From positions 1-64,000 of IMG/VR virus record IMGVR_UViG_3300027969_000042: DNA of 64,000 nt. The stretch is one strand, 5' to 3'. A program made the position numbers and the translations under genes. This document shows, in pieces, positions 30,801-42,254 of the stretch (positions are counted from its first letter, which is position 1; every line of letters starts with the position of its first letter). Under the pieces are notes generated by a model. The model was not told where the DNA came from, searched no databases, and worked only from the letters and a program-made list of their open reading frames with translations. The stretch is from a virus.

Positions 30801-31757
30801 TTGAATATCACTACCTTCAATACTTATATAAGATTTTCCAGTAAAATCTATTGTATCTTCTTCAAAAATACCTGGTCCAATCGAAATATAATATCTATTC
30901 TCAGATGATGAATCAGTGATTGAGTCAACGGCTGCTTTAATAGATGTAAAGTCACCACCTATTTTACTAACATGTATAACATTAGGATCTTTAGGTGTGT
31001 TATCTAATTGTGCCCAATCATTATTTGTGTAAATATATGAGTGTGTACCATCATAATACATAGAACCACCAGTAGGATTTAAAGGAGTTATAATTGGTAT
31101 TAAGTTAAAATTATTTGTTGCTAATGAACTAAATGTTGCAGATGTAGTAAGTGTATCAATTACATTAGTTACATAGTTTTGAACATCTTTATCAATTAGA
31201 AAAGGTGTTTTTGTAGTTAATATATCTATTTGTTCTTTTAATCTAATAAGAGCTAATTTTGATTCATTAGAAGTTGAGAATTCTAACGTAATACCCTTAT
31301 TACTTTTTAAACTTATTTTTAAAAGATTATTAGATACATTTGTGTTTATAATATAAAATGGATCAATAGTATATTTTACTATTAAATCAACATCCATGAT
31401 CTTAATATTTCTATCAGATTCGGTTATGGGTCTTAAAAATGTAGTATAACTAAATGGTGCAGTAAAATAACCAACAACTCCTTGAGTCGAATTATCAACA
31501 TAATCATTTGTTTGTAATAATGTTGAAATTTGTTGTTGTAGTTTAGATTGTGCTAATATAGTATCATCAAAGTTTATGAAATCTAATGTAATTAGCTTAC
31601 CACTTTTTAGTGTAACTTTTAAAAGATTTGCTTCTGAAGTAACATCTGTAATGAATGTTGGTTTTAAAGTAAATGTTAAATTTCCACCATTATCAAAAAG
31701 TCTTATACTTTTATCAGAGCCTATTGGCTTTAAAAAACTATCACTACTATAACTCAT
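27807..31757 (-). CDS. Tail fibre/spike-like protein with pectin-lyase-like module and collagen repeats
   Basis: 1316 aa; [18 protein letters not shown]...IGPGIFEE; HGNLQGLSADDHPQYL; HASRH; GAQGPA repeats; paralog of 31796..37420. Confidence 0.75.
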   Translation of the reverse strand: MSYSSDSFLKPIGSDKSIRLFDNGGNLTFTLKPTFITDVTSEANLLKVTLKSGKLITLDFINFDDTILAQSKLQQQISTLLQTNDYVDNSTQGVVGYFTAPFSYTTFLRPITESDRNIKIMDVDLIVKYTIDPFYIINTNVSNNLLKISLKSNKGITLEFSTSNESKLALIRLKEQIDILTTKTPFLIDKDVQNYVTNVIDTLTTSATFSSLATNNFNLIPIITPLNPTGGSMYYDGTHSYIYTNNDWAQLDNTPKDPNVIHVSKIGGDFTSIKAAVDSITDSSSENRYYISIGPGIFEEDTIDFTGKSYISIEGSDIQTTQVIPNSLNQHLFICNDSIYLSYLTIVGVGPGYAAIVCQDLDGFSLVHKLSMYDCDTMILVRGITKDTSFFGEYIDFNGEYSYGMKVESENGILAFANCENYYTEVGVTGSISNWISGENSSISVFGGSITGVYDSDSGFYGQNGANINISSFEISNYTKGFEIGNVGTASKFTLNSVSIKDCDCDFYIAHPNTFGTFQGSSSHEKIFNESSNIYWGFLDRDDGEFDITRKISITYADGTHTDLSTLIFEGSGMGVLTGGEISMYSGQTVSISSGYGYLESNNHNILRIDWPETSFEVSATNSAVYIYVNENFPNTGLFSEAASMPNTTNTIVLGRVITHNGEVILIDRSFIDAEHTTNKLITFNRKALGSIYERGSLVTEGATFSLNVSRGSYYFGSKNYMPYGGLGITFSQFVLNGTDCIITDTNIVTNLYDINGSLVGMSASYYTKHTLYVNGEGDTEKYLLVVGQQQYEGAIDVEGAPLPIPPNYFEDAIVPIASIIIQEGLSTIYNILDIRPVIGFKSSGVNASSTHGNLQGLSADDHPQYLLVNGNRPMANDLVMASNSIVGVGQINGVTIESHASRHLPNGLDALATGVPEPIGKTNTEGIKNAFARQDHTHSLNIGTGLTMSIDGTLSVIAGVGATGATGATGNFSVGFEYVIGVFSATNSLVNGTINFSATSSLSTGTLYVNTNDINGTSLSTYFNSIASAGTFPNRGTLMLSKKGDSNTFVVYNISTITSLTTHRNFTATYQSGNGTFNQGDSIIFSFVRTGAQGSLGNTGNTGAQGPAGAQGPAGAQGPAGAQGLQGNTGAQGPAGPAGPQGPQGPAGTGGTGESISYQYIQGSLETLVESTIAELSGLVTYDSGDIYKKYKLKGRATFNNSEPIYALLVGVISISGDAPREIINSSNSSTVVASSVNTFVNTTTPFTVNGLVKDFTTGDIIPLTKAFFILDNSIASSSDFFITLFAQSTEIFSGYVEIDLEILISERLSVTYSN
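28384..28450. repeat. 18-bp tandem repeat (about 3.7 copies) encoding the collagen-like GAQGPA
   Basis: CCTTGAGCACCTGCTGGT x3 plus a partial copy. Confidence 0.9.
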
Positions 31758-31795
31758 TTTATTAAAATATTTTTATATAACTATATATAAAAAAA

Positions 31796-34700
31796 TTATA
31801 ATTCTATTATTGACATACTAATATCCCTTACTCTTGAAGTCCCACCTACAATTGACGATAAACTTATATCTACCCAAAGTGCCGTATTTAGCGATAGACC
31901 ACTTACAATTGCATTTAGTGAGAATGGCACTCTAGGTACTGATGTACCACCACCGGATGTATTTATATACATTTTAACTAGTCCACCTTGTGCACTACCA
32001 GTTAGTATGGCACCATTTATTGGTGGTGTTCCTGTTCCTGTTCTTATTTGTACTTCGGAACCGTTAGTATCACCAACACTATTATCTATATCACCTGATA
32101 TAATTATCAGTATTTTTCCAGAAAAAGTTGGTGTTATCGATGCAGATAATCCCATCATTACACCAGTTATCGAAGTAGTAGTATTTGGATCACTAGGTGT
32201 TTTCTGAGTAGTTGTATTCACAACAGAACCAGTTGCTCCAGTTGCTCCGGATGTTCCTGATGAACCACTTGTACCTGATGAACCAGATGAACCACTTGTT
32301 CCTGAAGAACCACTTGGACCTGTAGCACCAATTATACCACTTGTACCTGATGAACCGGATGTTCCAGAAGAACCACTTGGACCTGTAGCACCAATTATAC
32401 CACTTGTACCTGATGAACCACTTGTACCTGATGAACCGGATGTTCCAGAAGAACCACTTGGACCTGTAGCACCAATTATACCACTTGTACCTGATGAACC
32501 ACTTGTACCGGATGTACCTCTTGTACCCGAAGAACCAGATGAACCACTTGTTCCAGATGAACCAGAACTACCGGATGAACCACTTGTTCCAGATGAACCA
32601 CTTGTACCTGATGAACCACTTGTACCGGATGAACCACTTGTGCCGGATGAACCATTACTACCAGTCGGACCAGTATTTATAGGTGCAGTTTGCCAAGTTG
32701 CGGCAGTTGCAGAAACGGCCATTAAAACCTGTCCTATACTAGGTGCAGTTGCACCTGCTATATAAACTGGAGTTGTATTTGTTTTTAAACTATCAGATTC
32801 AACATAATTTGTCAAACCGGTTATTGTCTTATTTGTTAAAGATTGTGTCAAACTTGTTATATTATCTAATATAACTTTATCAGTGCTTAACATAAATCCA
32901 TTATCAATACTTGTTACAACAGAGTGTAAAGTACCACCTGGTTGATTACCGTGTGCGTGAATATGATCTTGTCTTGCAAAAGCATTTACTCCACCAATTT
33001 GACTAAAAGTTCCAATTGTAGAAGGTGTTCCCGTTGGTAAAGGATCTACTCCACCAGGAAGATGTCTTGAAGCATGAGATGTAATACTAACATTGTTTAT
33101 TAAGTTTACACCAGTAATAGAGTTGCTACCCATTTGTAAATTACTAGTTAGTGCTCTTGTACCATTTGATAATAAGTATTGTGGATGGTCATCATTAGAT
33201 AATCCTATTAAAGAAGAGTGTTCTGAGGATGCATTAATACCAGCTGCTCTAAAACCAACTAATGGTCTTTGATCTCTAATCTCTGCTATACTTGCAGTTC
33301 CTTGTTGAACTATAATACCAGCAATTAAAGCGACTGCATCGGTAAAATAATCTGGAGGTGTTGCCAAATTAGCAACTTGTGCTGCTAATATATCAGTATG
33401 TTGAGTATTATCATAAACCATAAAATATTTCTCTTCTATACCATCTCCAATTACATATAATGAGTGTTTTGCATAGTATGATGCACTTAATGAAATTAAA
33501 GAGTTAGTACCAGCATAATAGTTATTATCAACTGAATTAGTTGATGAGATTATCCAATCACCTAAACCATCAGGATAATAACTACTAAATGTAATTCCTA
33601 TTCCACCAGACGGATTAAATTCATTGGCACCAAAGTAGTATGTTCCTTGTGAAACATTTAATTGTAATGATTGTGATGCATTTTGCGTTACAATAGACCC
33701 AGAAGAATAAATCGGACCCAATCCTTTTCTCAATAATTTAACTGCTCTATTTGACCAGTGTTCCGCAGGAAGTGGTGTTTTTTCAATAAACTCAAATCCC
33801 ACCGAATTTGTTCTTACTCTACCTAATAATATATTTGCAGAAGTATCTGGAATAGTAGTATCAGAGGTTAAAACCTTTGATTCATTAAAATAAATATATC
33901 TAGTTGAATGTGGTGTAATACCTATTGATGAATTATCCCAATCATGTCTGTTTAAAATACCGACCGTACCAATAAATCCAGAGTTTATATGAAAATATCC
34001 AAATCCAGCAGCAACACTAAGTGTTAAACCACTTCCATTAGATAATTCACCGCCTTCAATAACACCCATTGTAGATGCTCTTGATATAAGTGTAGATACA
34101 TCAGTTGTTACTGTTGGTGTATATGTAATATTTAATCCACCAGAAATTGTAAAATCTCCAATTACTGAATCAGAATATGCTATACTTACACCATCTGCCA
34201 AAGTAACTACTTTTGATTTTTCAAATGAACCATTTAAGTTTCCTATTGTATCAGGATGATTTATTTGTATATGATGATTTGTAGTTTGACAAGATATACC
34301 AACACCAATTATATTAGAAGCAGTATCTAAACCAGTTGTTGGATTAGTAATACCATAGTCCCATGATGTATAATTTACTGCATTTAATCTAGATTTTGCA
34401 CCATTTTCAATTATTAAAAATGTTGATCCTAATTGAATAGTCCCTGCATTTGCTTGCACCGAGTTCATTACAATCTCACAATTTATACCAGATGCTTTTG
34501 CAAACCAAGTTGGTTTAACAGTTGCCATACCTTGTGAATAACAATGTAAAAGTAAGATTCTTGAAGGTACTGAGTTATTATTGTTATAAGCAGTAAATCC
34601 TTTATCAAATTCAAATGAATCTCCGTATCTTGAATCTACTACTTGTACAGTTGTTCTACTAGTGTCTGCATAACAAATAACATGTGAATCATTAGTACCA

Positions 34701-37420
34701 AATATAACATCTTTTATAATAAATGCACTTTGATCTGTACCAGTAGGTGATGTATGATAAAATGCAGCATAACCTAAACCGGCACCAGTTACTGTAATAC
34801 CGGATACTGCACAATCATCTTTTCCTAAGAATATATGTTGTGTATTTGTTTTAGGTAAAACTCTTGTGGTTCTACTTCCTTTTATATCAACATAAGATCT
34901 CATTTGAATAGTATCTTCATAATAATCACCAGGACCAACATTTATTGTATATCCATTTGTTATTGTAGCATCATTTACAGATTCAACTGCTGCTTTAATA
35001 GAAGTAAAATCTCCACCTTTTTTAGATACTGTTATTAAGTTTATATCTCTATTTACAACATAAAATGGTGCCAATTTAGGGATATTTATTTTTTCATATT
35101 TAATTGCACCAAAAATTTCTCCTTGCGTATCAGGATGTTCAATAAGTAAGTCATATGAAACACTTTCTAATAATTTAATACCATTTGATTTGAATGTTGA
35201 GAATGTACCAACATTACCAACTTTTACTGCATTATACCAATTGGTAAAATATGAACCAACTACATCTAGTGATGCACCATCTTCTAAATAAGCACCAATA
35301 CCATATCCTTCACCTTTATTACCAGATGTCAGTATATCAACTGATGCACCAACTCCTGATATAAAAGTACCAATTGAGTTTGTACCACCTATTGGTAAAT
35401 TATAATAATTTTCTAAATTCACATAAGAGATAAATTCATTTTCTGAAATAACTTTAACACCATAAGAATACACTCCATTAAAATCGATATATTCTCCATA
35501 AAATTCACTATCAACAGAGTTTGCAGTTACTTCAATACCTATATCACAACTTTCAAATGAAATTTTATGAACTTGTGAGTAGTTACCATTATTATAGACT
35601 CTAATGGCAGGAACTCCAATTGAACTATTTTGTATTGTTAAAAATGAAATTTCATTATTTGTACCTAAATCAAAAACTACATTATCTGCAATTGGTTCTA
35701 TAACTACTGAATCAATAGATGAACCAACAATAGATACATATGGACTATTAGTTAAATCTATAGTAGGTTCTAAATAAATACCTGGATTTACTTTAATAAT
35801 ATATCTGTTATTCTCATCCATATCATTAATAGATGCAACTGCAGCTGCTAATGATTGATGATCTCCATCTCTTTTTGCAACAGTTATAATTTTTAAGTCA
35901 TAGTTATAAATATAAAATGGTGCACCGTCTAAATAAAATTTAGTATGGTCAACAACTCCAAAACAAAATCCTGTTGTTAAAGGATGCTCAATATAAAAAT
36001 CATATATACCAGATTCTGATATAGATAAGCTATTTAATCTTAAATCTGGTGCATTTAAACCTTCATTTTTTGAATATATTGTTTTTTCAAATCCTCTTAA
36101 TGTTGATGCTAGTGCAATTACTTGAGCACCATCATAAACAATTATACCAGTTGTACCAGTTGCTGGTTTTACTCGTATTGTTGAGTTTGTCAATGTAAAT
36201 AATGTATTTACACCATATACTGTAATAAATGTTACAAGTGGTGATACTAAGTCATAGTAATTACAATCTACTAATAAAATTTGTGTAATAACCTCATTAG
36301 TATTATTTACTAAAAATCCATATTTATTTGTACCTGTAATTGTACATCTATTTACATGAACCAATGACTTTTCTACTGCACCATAACAATGTACCTGTGT
36401 TTCATTATTTTTAAAATTACAATCTCTAATAACAAATTCAACTCCACCAGTACCTTCATGATAAACTGCTAATCCACCAATCCCATTGGCACCACTTAAA
36501 GTTACTTTATTGATTGATGACTCATCACAACCTATAAAAATAGTACTTGTGCTATCAATTGGTTTAACAATTACTCCACCGGTAGTATCACCGATAACAG
36601 AAATATGTGATTTCATTGTTATTGTGTCTTCTTCATATACACCAGGTCCAACTTTAATAATAAATGGATTAGATGCAGATGCGGTTGTAATTGAATCAAC
36701 TGCTTCTTTAATACTTGAAAATTGATTAGATCCAGTTGTTCCTTTTTTAACAGTAATTATATTGGTATCATAGATTTGTAAATCTAATTGATCGATTGCT
36801 AATTGCACATTAGTTTGTGTTAGACTACCAATTGGTTCATAAGTTACTAATGATGCAGTAAATGATGTTGGTGTTAGTCCGATCTCTCCTTGTGGTCCTG
36901 TCACTCCTTGAGGTCCAGGTATAGTTGAATCCGCTCCTGTTGCACCGATTGGTCCTATTTCTCCTTGAGGTCCTGTTGCACCGATTGGTCCTTGAGGTCC
37001 AGGTATATTTGAATCCGCTCCTGTTGCACCGATTGGTCCGATCTCTCCTTGTGGTCCAGTTGCACCGATTGACCCTACTTCTCCTTGAGGTCCAGTTGCA
37101 CCAGTCGTTGCTTGTTCAAATACATGTGTTACGTAGTTTTGAATATCTTTATCTATTAGAATAGGTACGTTACTAGTTAGTGTATCTATCTGTTGTTGTA
37201 ATCTTATTAAAGCAAGTTTTGCCTCATTTTGTGTTGAGAAATCTATTATTACAACTTTTAATGACTTTAAACTTATTCTTAATAGATTATTATCAACAGA
37301 TACATTTATTATAACAAATGGATTTATTGTATATTTAATATCATTAGTATCATCTAAAACTTTAATACTTCTGTCAGATGTAGTAATTGGTCTCAAAAAT
37401 TTATAGTAACTATAACTCAT
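31796..37420 (-). CDS. Long tail fibre/spike-like protein with three pectin-lyase-like modules, collagen and GSSGTS repeats
   Basis: 1874 aa; three 'ITV[KA]K..G.F.S...AV.SI...I.V.PG.Y.E' starts; [12 protein letters not shown] repeats; GSSGTS tract. Confidence 0.78.
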   Translation of the reverse strand: MSYSYYKFLRPITTSDRSIKVLDDTNDIKYTINPFVIINVSVDNNLLRISLKSLKVVIIDFSTQNEAKLALIRLQQQIDTLTSNVPILIDKDIQNYVTHVFEQATTGATGPQGEVGSIGATGPQGEIGPIGATGADSNIPGPQGPIGATGPQGEIGPIGATGADSTIPGPQGVTGPQGEIGLTPTSFTASLVTYEPIGSLTQTNVQLAIDQLDLQIYDTNIITVKKGTTGSNQFSSIKEAVDSITTASASNPFIIKVGPGVYEEDTITMKSHISVIGDTTGGVIVKPIDSTSTIFIGCDESSINKVTLSGANGIGGLAVYHEGTGGVEFVIRDCNFKNNETQVHCYGAVEKSLVHVNRCTITGTNKYGFLVNNTNEVITQILLVDCNYYDLVSPLVTFITVYGVNTLFTLTNSTIRVKPATGTTGIIVYDGAQVIALASTLRGFEKTIYSKNEGLNAPDLRLNSLSISESGIYDFYIEHPLTTGFCFGVVDHTKFYLDGAPFYIYNYDLKIITVAKRDGDHQSLAAAVASINDMDENNRYIIKVNPGIYLEPTIDLTNSPYVSIVGSSIDSVVIEPIADNVVFDLGTNNEISFLTIQNSSIGVPAIRVYNNGNYSQVHKISFESCDIGIEVTANSVDSEFYGEYIDFNGVYSYGVKVISENEFISYVNLENYYNLPIGGTNSIGTFISGVGASVDILTSGNKGEGYGIGAYLEDGASLDVVGSYFTNWYNAVKVGNVGTFSTFKSNGIKLLESVSYDLLIEHPDTQGEIFGAIKYEKINIPKLAPFYVVNRDINLITVSKKGGDFTSIKAAVESVNDATITNGYTINVGPGDYYEDTIQMRSYVDIKGSRTTRVLPKTNTQHIFLGKDDCAVSGITVTGAGLGYAAFYHTSPTGTDQSAFIIKDVIFGTNDSHVICYADTSRTTVQVVDSRYGDSFEFDKGFTAYNNNNSVPSRILLLHCYSQGMATVKPTWFAKASGINCEIVMNSVQANAGTIQLGSTFLIIENGAKSRLNAVNYTSWDYGITNPTTGLDTASNIIGVGISCQTTNHHIQINHPDTIGNLNGSFEKSKVVTLADGVSIAYSDSVIGDFTISGGLNITYTPTVTTDVSTLISRASTMGVIEGGELSNGSGLTLSVAAGFGYFHINSGFIGTVGILNRHDWDNSSIGITPHSTRYIYFNESKVLTSDTTIPDTSANILLGRVRTNSVGFEFIEKTPLPAEHWSNRAVKLLRKGLGPIYSSGSIVTQNASQSLQLNVSQGTYYFGANEFNPSGGIGITFSSYYPDGLGDWIISSTNSVDNNYYAGTNSLISLSASYYAKHSLYVIGDGIEEKYFMVYDNTQHTDILAAQVANLATPPDYFTDAVALIAGIIVQQGTASIAEIRDQRPLVGFRAAGINASSEHSSLIGLSNDDHPQYLLSNGTRALTSNLQMGSNSITGVNLINNVSITSHASRHLPGGVDPLPTGTPSTIGTFSQIGGVNAFARQDHIHAHGNQPGGTLHSVVTSIDNGFMLSTDKVILDNITSLTQSLTNKTITGLTNYVESDSLKTNTTPVYIAGATAPSIGQVLMAVSATAATWQTAPINTGPTGSNGSSGTSGSSGTSGSSGTSGSSGTSGSSGSSGSSGTSGSSGSSGTRGTSGTSGSSGTSGIIGATGPSGSSGTSGSSGTSGSSGTSGIIGATGPSGSSGTSGSSGTSGIIGATGPSGSSGTSGSSGSSGTSGSSGTSGATGATGSVVNTTTQKTPSDPNTTTSITGVMMGLSASITPTFSGKILIIISGDIDNSVGDTNGSEVQIRTGTGTPPINGAILTGSAQGGLVKMYINTSGGGTSVPRVPFSLNAIVSGLSLNTALWVDISLSSIVGGTSRVRDISMSIIEL
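32230..32670. repeat. Low-complexity 9/18-bp-unit repeat encoding (GSSGTS)n with GIIGATGPS spacers
   Basis: Repeated GATGAACCACTTGTACC units. Confidence 0.9.
36880..37105. repeat. Collagen-like Gly-X-Y repeat region
   Basis: Repeated TTGCACCGATTGGTCC and duplicated GADS[NT]IPGPQG blocks. Confidence 0.85.
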
Positions 37421-37435
37421 TATTTTAATTTATTT

Positions 37436-38572
37436 TTATACTGTTATTGTAAGGTCCATATGAACACCTTCTAATGTATTGTGTGCTATATCAGAAAAAT
37501 TGAATGTTAGTGAATATGTACCTGGTACTAATATTGTTGAAATACTTGCGGTTGAACTACTTAAAATTATATTAGAAGGTTGCATAGACATAGTTCCATC
37601 TCTATTATCATGTATTGTATCAACTAATAAATCAATCAATAGTGATGAATCTATATAAGATCCACTTACACCATAAGTTGATAAAGAGAACTCTGTAGAG
37701 AAAGTTAAACCCATTGATGTATTATAAGGACCATTGATTAAATCACCGTTAAATGCAATAAAATCATTATCTAAATCACCAACTGAATTATTAAAGTAAA
37801 CAGTAGGATCTTCATTATCACCAGTAGGTATTGCATCAATGTTAATATCTGGATTTTCAATTATATAATTTAATATTGAGTGAGCTTGATAAGCATCATA
37901 TTCTGTTAAAAATTGTAGGAAAATAGTTCCATAACTAGCATCATCTATAATTAAAATTGTGCCAGTTTTTTCAATTGTTTCGATATTCACAATTTCGATA
38001 TAAATCAAAGGTCTAATAGTAGTTCCTTTATCATTTATCTTAATAGATTCTCCTATAATATGTGTTTTAATATCTGTATAATTTAAACCAACAAATGAAG
38101 TACTTGATTTATTTACAGAGTCATTAAAGAATGTATATGTGTCATCAATAACACCAACCATAACATCTAATGATACTGGATATTTTTCACTTGGATTTGA
38201 TAGATAAAGTTGTTTGATTCTGTTAGTTGAGTTACCAGTTAAAACCATCATTTGTGCCATTGTATGAACTTTGGCCATATCATCATAAAAGCACCAATTT
38301 ATATAGTTGTCTTCTTCAACTGATTTTTGATTATAAACAGCTTTTATACAAAGAAAAGTTGCATTATCACCTAGTCCTAAATGATTTAATAAGTAATTGG
38401 TTTGTCCAGATTTAAGTATAACTCTACTTCTAAGTAATTGTTTATATGGCATTCTTAAATCAGAAACAGTAAGTCTATCTACTGTATTGGCACCTTCGAT
38501 TGCAATAAAATCTCCTCCACTTACTTTGATATATTGAGCACTAGCTCCAAATAATGATGATTGACATCCCAT
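37436..38572 (-). CDS. Putative virion structural protein
   Basis: 378 aa, in the structural operon, preceded by TAATATATAC. Confidence 0.6.
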   Translation of the reverse strand: MGCQSSLFGASAQYIKVSGGDFIAIEGANTVDRLTVSDLRMPYKQLLRSRVILKSGQTNYLLNHLGLGDNATFLCIKAVYNQKSVEEDNYINWCFYDDMAKVHTMAQMMVLTGNSTNRIKQLYLSNPSEKYPVSLDVMVGVIDDTYTFFNDSVNKSSTSFVGLNYTDIKTHIIGESIKINDKGTTIRPLIYIEIVNIETIEKTGTILIIDDASYGTIFLQFLTEYDAYQAHSILNYIIENPDINIDAIPTGDNEDPTVYFNNSVGDLDNDFIAFNGDLINGPYNTSMGLTFSTEFSLSTYGVSGSYIDSSLLIDLLVDTIHDNRDGTMSMQPSNIILSSSTASISTILVPGTYSLTFNFSDIAHNTLEGVHMDLTITV

Positions 38573-38618
38573 AATAAATTATTAATTTTAATGTATATAT
38601 TAAAAATTAAAAATCTAT

Positions 38619-41330
38619 TTACTTAATATCTTCAATATTTATTGCATACCTCTCTTTTAATACATCAGAATTTGATATTCTAGTTATTCTAATTTTTTTA
38701 CCTTTATTAAAACTAAAATAAGGCATATTAGAAAGTAAATAACCATTATTTACATTATTTATATTATTTGTAGCAGTTGAGTTAAAAGATAGTGGTAATG
38801 ATGCTGTTGAACCATAGTTAACTAAACTTGCATTTGAACTAATATCTAGTATTATATAAGAATCTACTGAATCTACTGACTGAACTGTATATTGACCAGA
38901 AAAATCATAAATAGAAGAAGTTCCAACAAATAAGTTATTTAAGTGAAGAACATCACCAGTTTTAATTGAATTTGTTACTAACTCTTGAGGTGCTTTTAAA
39001 GGTACCCTCAATACAGAACCAACATCCAAAAGTATTAACTTATCTAAGTTTATTTCAAACTTAAACTCATTCCATAAGTAAGATGAATTAGGTTGTTGTG
39101 TGAATGTGTTATAGTAAACTGGTAAGTTTATACCACCTGCTAGTAAAACTTGTGTTGTTGCCTGAGTAGTTGTGTTTATAATATCAGTATTCATATAAAT
39201 ATCTAACATCTTATTCTGAGTAGAGAAGTTACCAGCAACAATATTAATATCAACTGATTGTTTATAATATAAATCCTTATCAAAAATAAAAGTTAGTTTA
39301 TCATTATTAGTTAAGTCCAACTCAACTTCATCATTATTAGTGAAATTTACTAAAAAGTCTCTATTTTTAGGAACTGTTAAAGTCGCGGGTATAATACCTT
39401 GTGAACTATACATATCAGTTGCATTATAAACATAAACTCTTTCATAAGAAGTATTTACTGTGTCTAATTGTATATACGGTGGTGTTCCGGGAACTGTAGT
39501 AACATCTATAGTTTCTGATGATAAAATTTGATTAGTTGAATATAATCTTAATAAACTTTCAAGATTTTGAATTTTTGTATTTAGTGTTGCTAAATCTGTT
39601 TGTGTGTAAATTAAACTTTTTAAGAAGGTTACTTCATCTCTAACATTACCTTGTTCTGCAAGTAGATTTATAAAACTGTCATTTGTTGCAGCAAGTTTAG
39701 ACATTGACTTATTAAACAAGTTCATACTAAACATGGAATTTATAGCATCAGGATTATATGAATCTTGTGGATTTTCATTTATTATATTAAAGTTAAGATT
39801 TAAACTAAATGCAAATGAAGTACCATCTTGTATTCCATTAGTTACAAACTTTTTATAAGTTGGAAATCTTAAACTTGTTTCTTCAGGAATTACATTATTA
39901 TCCGGGTGATCTAAAAATGAAACACCATATAAATTAGTTGTTGATTTACCACTATTATCCTCAACAGTATAATACCATAAAATAGCATTAAATTCAAATG
40001 CAACTGGTGGTAAATTATTTATCTCTAAAGCATTAAATTGATCAAAGTTAGTTAAGTTTCTACCTAAGATATTCATTTTAACATAGTGATTAGTATTAAA
40101 GTTCATTGTAATACCATCAATGTTTTTACCATTGACAATAGGTGAATTTATATTACCATCTATACCATAATATTTACCACTTCTTCTGAATGAGTCACCA
40201 GGTGCTGTTTCATATGTAAAATCGGTAGTATCATATTGTCCAAAGTAAGAACCTGGATAATTTTGTGGTGTATTTACAATTGGTGAATTAAATGATTCTG
40301 CTCCAATTATTTCTGGTTGATATTGACTAGGAATAATAGGAAAAGTTTTATTAGGTTTGTAATTCACATCCGTCATCGTTCTAAAAAGAATGTCTGGTGT
40401 TTGACCAGTATGATCTGGAATATGTGCATGAACCTCTGTATAAGAACGATTAGCTTGTTGAACATTACTAACACCTTGTACTTCACCAATATATCTAACT
40501 AATCTATTATAAACTAATTTTGCCTTACCAGTTACAGGTGAAGTATTTAAACTAAAGACATTATTAGTAGCTAATTCAAATGTTACTATATTTCCACTAA
40601 CTGATCTTACTCTTACATTTATACCACTATCGGTTTCTATACCTTGTAAATCTGATATAGCCTGTGTAGACAATCCTATTACATTATAAATATTTACAAC
40701 ATCACCAATTACAAAGTTAGTAGTACCATTGAAGGTAATTACTAAATACCCAGTTGATCCATCAAAATATGGTGTGTCCCACTCAACAACTTCTCTTTCC
40801 TTCCATAAATATTCTGGAAAGTATTGATCATCATTTACATTACCTGATTGAAACTCTGCCAAATTACTAAAGTATTCGTCATCTGGAATAGCAGGTTCAA
40901 AATCAATTATATTTAATTTCTTTGCCCATTTAAAGAAAATCTTTTCTGTTGTAGTTTCAAGTGCATTGTTATCATAATAATACTCAGTATTATTTAGTTT
41001 TGATTCTTTTATAGTAACTTCTTGATTTGCGACATAGTTTCTTAATGATTCGATTATTTCTTCACTAAAATTTGCAGCAGGTGTTGCAGCAAATGATTTT
41101 TTAAATTTAGTTTCAAAGTCAAAGTAAATTGGTTTTGATGCAGTTGGTGAACCAGTAGCCTCTGTATATTGTTCAGTTACTTGCTTTGGTAGATTTAATA
41201 AAGCGTATTTAGAAAAATACATTTTATAATTTGAGTTCTGATATGCTGCTGAAATATCTTCTGCTGCACTAGGGAACGCATAAAACGTAGTACCGTTAGT
41301 CTTTAGTGATTTATATAAAGGACAAGACAT
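38619..41330 (-). CDS. Putative baseplate/virion structural protein
   Basis: 903 aa, beta-rich, with a short coiled-coil segment; upstream of the fibre genes. Confidence 0.6.
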   Translation of the reverse strand: MSCPLYKSLKTNGTTFYAFPSAAEDISAAYQNSNYKMYFSKYALLNLPKQVTEQYTEATGSPTASKPIYFDFETKFKKSFAATPAANFSEEIIESLRNYVANQEVTIKESKLNNTEYYYDNNALETTTEKIFFKWAKKLNIIDFEPAIPDDEYFSNLAEFQSGNVNDDQYFPEYLWKEREVVEWDTPYFDGSTGYLVITFNGTTNFVIGDVVNIYNVIGLSTQAISDLQGIETDSGINVRVRSVSGNIVTFELATNNVFSLNTSPVTGKAKLVYNRLVRYIGEVQGVSNVQQANRSYTEVHAHIPDHTGQTPDILFRTMTDVNYKPNKTFPIIPSQYQPEIIGAESFNSPIVNTPQNYPGSYFGQYDTTDFTYETAPGDSFRRSGKYYGIDGNINSPIVNGKNIDGITMNFNTNHYVKMNILGRNLTNFDQFNALEINNLPPVAFEFNAILWYYTVEDNSGKSTTNLYGVSFLDHPDNNVIPEETSLRFPTYKKFVTNGIQDGTSFAFSLNLNFNIINENPQDSYNPDAINSMFSMNLFNKSMSKLAATNDSFINLLAEQGNVRDEVTFLKSLIYTQTDLATLNTKIQNLESLLRLYSTNQILSSETIDVTTVPGTPPYIQLDTVNTSYERVYVYNATDMYSSQGIIPATLTVPKNRDFLVNFTNNDEVELDLTNNDKLTFIFDKDLYYKQSVDINIVAGNFSTQNKMLDIYMNTDIINTTTQATTQVLLAGGINLPVYYNTFTQQPNSSYLWNEFKFEINLDKLILLDVGSVLRVPLKAPQELVTNSIKTGDVLHLNNLFVGTSSIYDFSGQYTVQSVDSVDSYIILDISSNASLVNYGSTASLPLSFNSTATNNINNVNNGYLLSNMPYFSFNKGKKIRITRISNSDVLKERYAINIEDIK

Positions 41331-41386
41331 AAATTTATAGTGTATATTTTATTTATATATAAAAAAATGAAACCTCTATTAAATGA

Positions 41387-41411
41387 AAAATCCTCACTTA
41401 CTGAGGATTTT
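41387..41411. terminator. Intrinsic terminator
   Basis: AAAATCCTCA-cttac-TGAGGATTTT. Confidence 0.8.
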
Positions 41412-41435
41412 ATTTTATAACAAAATTTAGAATTA

Positions 41436-41806
41436 TTATTTAAAATTTTTAATTTTTTGTAATCTAGATTTAAAACTAACTGCGGTTTTATAGTCTCTTT
41501 CCATTAAGGATGGATTATTCCTACTTATTGACTTTACTACACTATCAGATAAACTTAATAGAGTATCACAGTAATCAGTTATAACATTACGTTCAATCTG
41601 TAAATCTAAATATACTTTTTCTAAACTATCAATTGCAGATTTCATAGTCCATATATAATCACTTAATTCATTATATGATCTAAAATAAGTATTAGATTTA
41701 AGATAATCTATAGAATCTTTAATTATTTTTAATTCTTTAATTCTTTTTTCTCAAGTTTTGCAATTGGATCTGATTTGAACCAATTAAATTTTTCTAAGTG
41801 TTTCAT
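41436..41806 (-). pseudogene. Helical protein split by a -1 frameshift in an A6 run (41744-41749)
   Basis: ATG 41806 (TAATG-coupled to the upstream gene) gives 25 aa; one extra A joins it to 41436..41645 as a 123-aa ORF; the -1 frame opens only at this run. Confidence 0.65.
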
Positions 41807-42225
41807 TATTTATTTATCATTTTAACGACTTCCATAAAAGCACGTTCTGTTCCTTTAATTACATATTCGTATAAACCAAACGCATTTACTTCTGTAGGTG
41901 ATTCATCATAGAACTTTATATTGTTTAAGATCTCATCTATATCATTTCTAAACTTTAAATAAAAGTCATATATATCAGAATCATTTATAAATCCTTCAAC
42001 TTTAACATCTTCTGGATTCTTTTCAAATGATTCAATAAATGATTTTAGTTCACCACCACTTTTTTGTATAGTATTTTCAATCATTTTATTTATTTCTTCT
42101 TTAACTTCAGTATATTTAGAACCATCTAAAGATTTAATACCTTCTGATTCTACTGGTGTTTCGGTTTGAACCTGAGTTGTTGACTCATCTGCTTCGTTTA
42201 TAAACTGTGAATATTTCTTTATCAT
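41806..42225 (-). CDS. Hypothetical acidic protein, CTS-like N-terminus (MIKKYSQFINEA)
   Basis: 139 aa; preceded by TAATATATAG. Confidence 0.75.
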   Translation of the reverse strand: MIKKYSQFINEADESTTQVQTETPVESEGIKSLDGSKYTEVKEEINKMIENTIQKSGGELKSFIESFEKNPEDVKVEGFINDSDIYDFYLKFRNDIDEILNNIKFYDESPTEVNAFGLYEYVIKGTERAFMEVVKMINK

Positions 42226-42254
42226 ATACTATATATTAAATTTAAAATATAATT

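Noticed and set aside
32230-32670. Regular short repeats suggesting a CRISPR array or DGR
   Set aside because: The units are multiples of 3 nt, code for GSSGTS in frame and have no unique spacers. No cas or reverse transcriptase gene is in the window.
41770-41782. GGTTCAAATC T-loop-like motif
   Set aside because: It lies within coding sequence and has no cloverleaf.
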